Part shown: piece by piece, positions 62,390-64,000 of the stretch
Position numbering within the stretch: position 1 is the first letter of the stretch
How the letters are laid out: the number at the start of each line of letters is the position of its first letter
Assembly: GCA_041393965.1 (NCBI GenBank)
Contig: JAWKJB010000003.1
Span: 192,488 to 256,487 of the forward strand
Direction: 5' to 3'
Source: Acidimicrobiia bacterium
GTDB lineage: Bacteria; Actinomycetota; Acidimicrobiia; Spongiisociales; UBA5794
Length of the DNA stretch: 64,000 nt
Translations under genes and position numbers: made by a program
The notes under the pieces: model-generated
Seen by the model: only the letters and a program-made list of their open reading frames with translations
What the model was told of the DNA's origin: nothing
Databases searched by the model: none

Positions 62390-62611
62390 ATGGCAGGGTT
62401 GACCAGATTCGAGGCACACCGATTCGTCGGCACCCGCGACGACATGCGTGTCTACGACTGTGAGGACGCCGAACAGCTCGCGGCGCTGGTTGAGCGCGTC
62501 GAAACAGACGACCTCATGCGCCGCAAGATGCTCCAATCCTTCGGACCGGACACGCTCGTCGAAGCCCGTAATCGGGGGTTCCGGGCGCTCCGCCGAGCAA
62601 CCGGCGATTAG
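62390..62611 (+). CDS. hypothetical small protein (73 aa)
   Basis: ATG 62390 inside the longer ORF 62003..62611; no recognisable domain. Confidence 0.2.
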   Translation: MAGLTRFEAHRFVGTRDDMRVYDCEDAEQLAALVERVETDDLMRRKMLQSFGPDTLVEARNRGFRALRRATGD

Positions 62612-63267
62612 GTGCGTCTGCCTGCGCCGGGGGAGACATCGATGGCCCCGATGACCTCGGTGGCGAGGCGTTCGTGTTTGAAGACGAAGAAGTGGTCCGA
62701 TCCCGTGTACACCGACAGGTCCGCACCGATCTCTTCGGCGTACGCCTCGAGGGCGTCCACATCGACGAATTGGTCCCGCTCGCCGACGATGAACCGGCGT
62801 CGTGCCGGAGCAAGATCTCCGGGATCGGGGAGGTCGGGTGACAAGGCGCTTCGCACCGGCGGTGCGATCCCGACATAGGGCACCGTTGCGTGGGACATGG
62901 CCTGCCAGCGAAGCGCCATCACCGCGCCAAACGACCATCCGGCGATGCCTGCCAACGACGGCAGCTCACGATCGACGAGGTCGGTGATCGATGCGACATC
63001 GGAGGTCTCGCCGATGCCGTCGTCGTAGGCCCCCGTCGACTCGCCAACCCCGCGGAAGTTGAATCGCACGGTCACGAACCCGGCAGCAAGGGCACGCAAC
63101 GCAATGGCCCCGAGGATCGGATGACGCATGGTCCCGCCCTGCGTCGGATGCGGATGACAGACGACGATGGTTCCCCGTTCGGAGCCGTCGGTCGGGTATT
63201 CGACGAGCACTTCGAGGACAACGCCGCCCGTGGAGGGCACGAGACGGGCCTGTGCTCTCGCGTTCAC
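62608..63267 (-). CDS. alpha/beta hydrolase (dienelactone-hydrolase/esterase-like)
   Basis: GTG start; nucleophile elbow (GWSFGA), C-terminal …GSDHFF…. Confidence 0.7.
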   Translation of the reverse strand: MNARAQARLVPSTGGVVLEVLVEYPTDGSERGTIVVCHPHPTQGGTMRHPILGAIALRALAAGFVTVRFNFRGVGESTGAYDDGIGETSDVASITDLVDRELPSLAGIAGWSFGAVMALRWQAMSHATVPYVGIAPPVRSALSPDLPDPGDLAPARRRFIVGERDQFVDVDALEAYAEEIGADLSVYTGSDHFFVFKHERLATEVIGAIDVSPGAGRRT

Positions 63268-63359
63268 AATGTGACGAAGTAGATGCCGGTTGCAGCGAGG
63301 ATCAGCAAGCCAACGGCGAGTGAGGCAAGAATCAGATAGCGCGTCTGCACGCGCGCCAT
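63264..63359 (-). CDS. candidate 31-aa hydrophobic single-TM peptide (MARVQTRYLILASLAVGLLILAATGIYFVTL), stop overlapping the GTG start of the downstream hydrolase (GTGA)
   Basis: manual six-frame read; below the ORF-track length cutoff; speculative. Confidence 0.15.
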   Translation of the reverse strand: MARVQTRYLILASLAVGLLILAATGIYFVTL

Positions 63360-63439
63360 CGTATCTACTCCCGCGGACTGGCGCCTACTCCGCCACTATC
63401 GTTTGCCCGCAGGGTCGCGAACAGCTGGAGCACGATTTC

Positions 63440-64000
63440 ATGTATGACATTGTCGTCGTCGGCGGGGGTCCGGGCGGGTACGCTGCTGCCCTGTATGCCC
63501 ACAACTTCGGGCTCTCGGTTGCCCTCATCGAGCGAGACCGGCTTGGCGGCACCTGCCTCCTTCGCGGTTGCATTCCTGCCAAGGCGCTGATCCAATCCGG
63601 TGAGGTCTACGCGACGGTGAAGGGATCCGCGGAGTTCGGTGTGGTCACCGACGACCCGACCTTCGACTGGTCGGTCGCGATGGCGCGAAAGACCAAGGTC
63701 GTGGAAGGGCTCGTCAGCGGCCTCGGTGGCCTCCTCAAGAGCCGAGGCGTGGAGATCATCGACGGCGTCGGCTCGCTTGGGGGAGAGCACACCGTCGTGG
63801 TCACGCACGGGGATGGCTCAACAACCGAGGTCGAGGCACGGGCAATCATCCTCGCCACCGGTTCGTCACCTGCGACCATCCCCGGCTACGCATTCGACGG
63901 CACGATGATCGTGTCGTCGGACCATGCGCTGTCGTGGGATTCCCAGCCTGACCGTGTCGCGGTTATCGGCGCCGGTGTGATCGGTTGTGAGTTCGCGTCC
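63440..64000 (+). CDS. lpdA: dihydrolipoyl dehydrogenase (E3), 5' partial, runs off the window end
   Basis: ATG 63440; FAD-binding GGGPGGY, redox-active disulfide GGTCLLRGCIPAK; absent from the ORF track because there is no stop in the window. Confidence 0.85.
   Translation, partial: MYDIVVVGGGPGGYAAALYAHNFGLSVALIERDRLGGTCLLRGCIPAKALIQSGEVYATVKGSAEFGVVTDDPTFDWSVAMARKTKVVEGLVSGLGGLLKSRGVEIIDGVGSLGGEHTVVVTHGDGSTTEVEARAIILATGSSPATIPGYAFDGTMIVSSDHALSWDSQPDRVAVIGAGVIGCEFAS

Noticed and set aside
62003-62611. 202-aa ORF spanning the DsbB 5' end to 62611
   Set aside because: It overlaps the DsbB-like gene on the opposite strand and the 61960 membrane ORF. It is replaced by the two shorter candidate ORFs (61960-62367 and 62390-62611); the latter remains low confidence.

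Overview
This is a densely coding, very high-GC chromosomal segment with actinobacterial gene order. I call about 58 protein genes and one tRNA-Leu. I found no transposases, integrases, CRISPR arrays, rRNA genes or obvious pseudogenes. Gene content and operon coupling resemble the Mycobacterium rplY/pth … mfd-mazG-eno-ppx neighbourhood.

Blocks, in order:
(1) rplY-pth-glpK-pgsA, then a tightly overlapping mfd-ppiC(lipoprotein)-mazG-eno-ftsB-DUF501-ppx operon.
(2) An EF-G paralogue, tRNA-Leu(UAA), two tandem PLDc_N/SHOCT small membrane proteins, a GGDEF-EAL enzyme, a PatA-type GNAT/acyl-CoA-synthetase-like protein acetyltransferase, a CBS-BON protein and a hydrolase.
(3) A partial menaquinone cluster: menF / menD-menA-menB / menE.
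(4) An envelope cluster: M3 peptidase, EEP-like membrane protein, PQQ-propeller lipoprotein, YihY, and two half-size ABC exporters.
(5) PNPOx-like and LLM (F420-type) oxidoreductases, then a solitary gltB.
(6) An atypical, split SUF iron-sulfur assembly locus. sufB is separated from sufD-Rieske-sufC by nucS, an Rrf2 regulator, a sigma factor, a lipoprotein and udgB. A second sufC-sufS-sufU-pncA unit lies on the opposite strand, next to cobB (sirtuin), fumC and pncB.
(7) A thiol-redox cluster (LLM, MBL hydrolase, redoxin, DsbB-like), a hydrolase, and the 5' part of lpdA.

The most distinctive non-coding signal is a ~20-27 bp element with core ACGCGTACCCAGGGTTCGCG, present in 3 extended copies plus a degenerate inverted-repeat variant. 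Two copies are inverted relative to each other in the gltB promoter region. There is also a palindrome immediately upstream of sufB that could be the operator of the locus-encoded Rrf2 regulator; no ArsR-type SufR gene is present. All functional calls rest on recognisable motifs and domain order in the translated ORFs plus synteny; no database searches were run.
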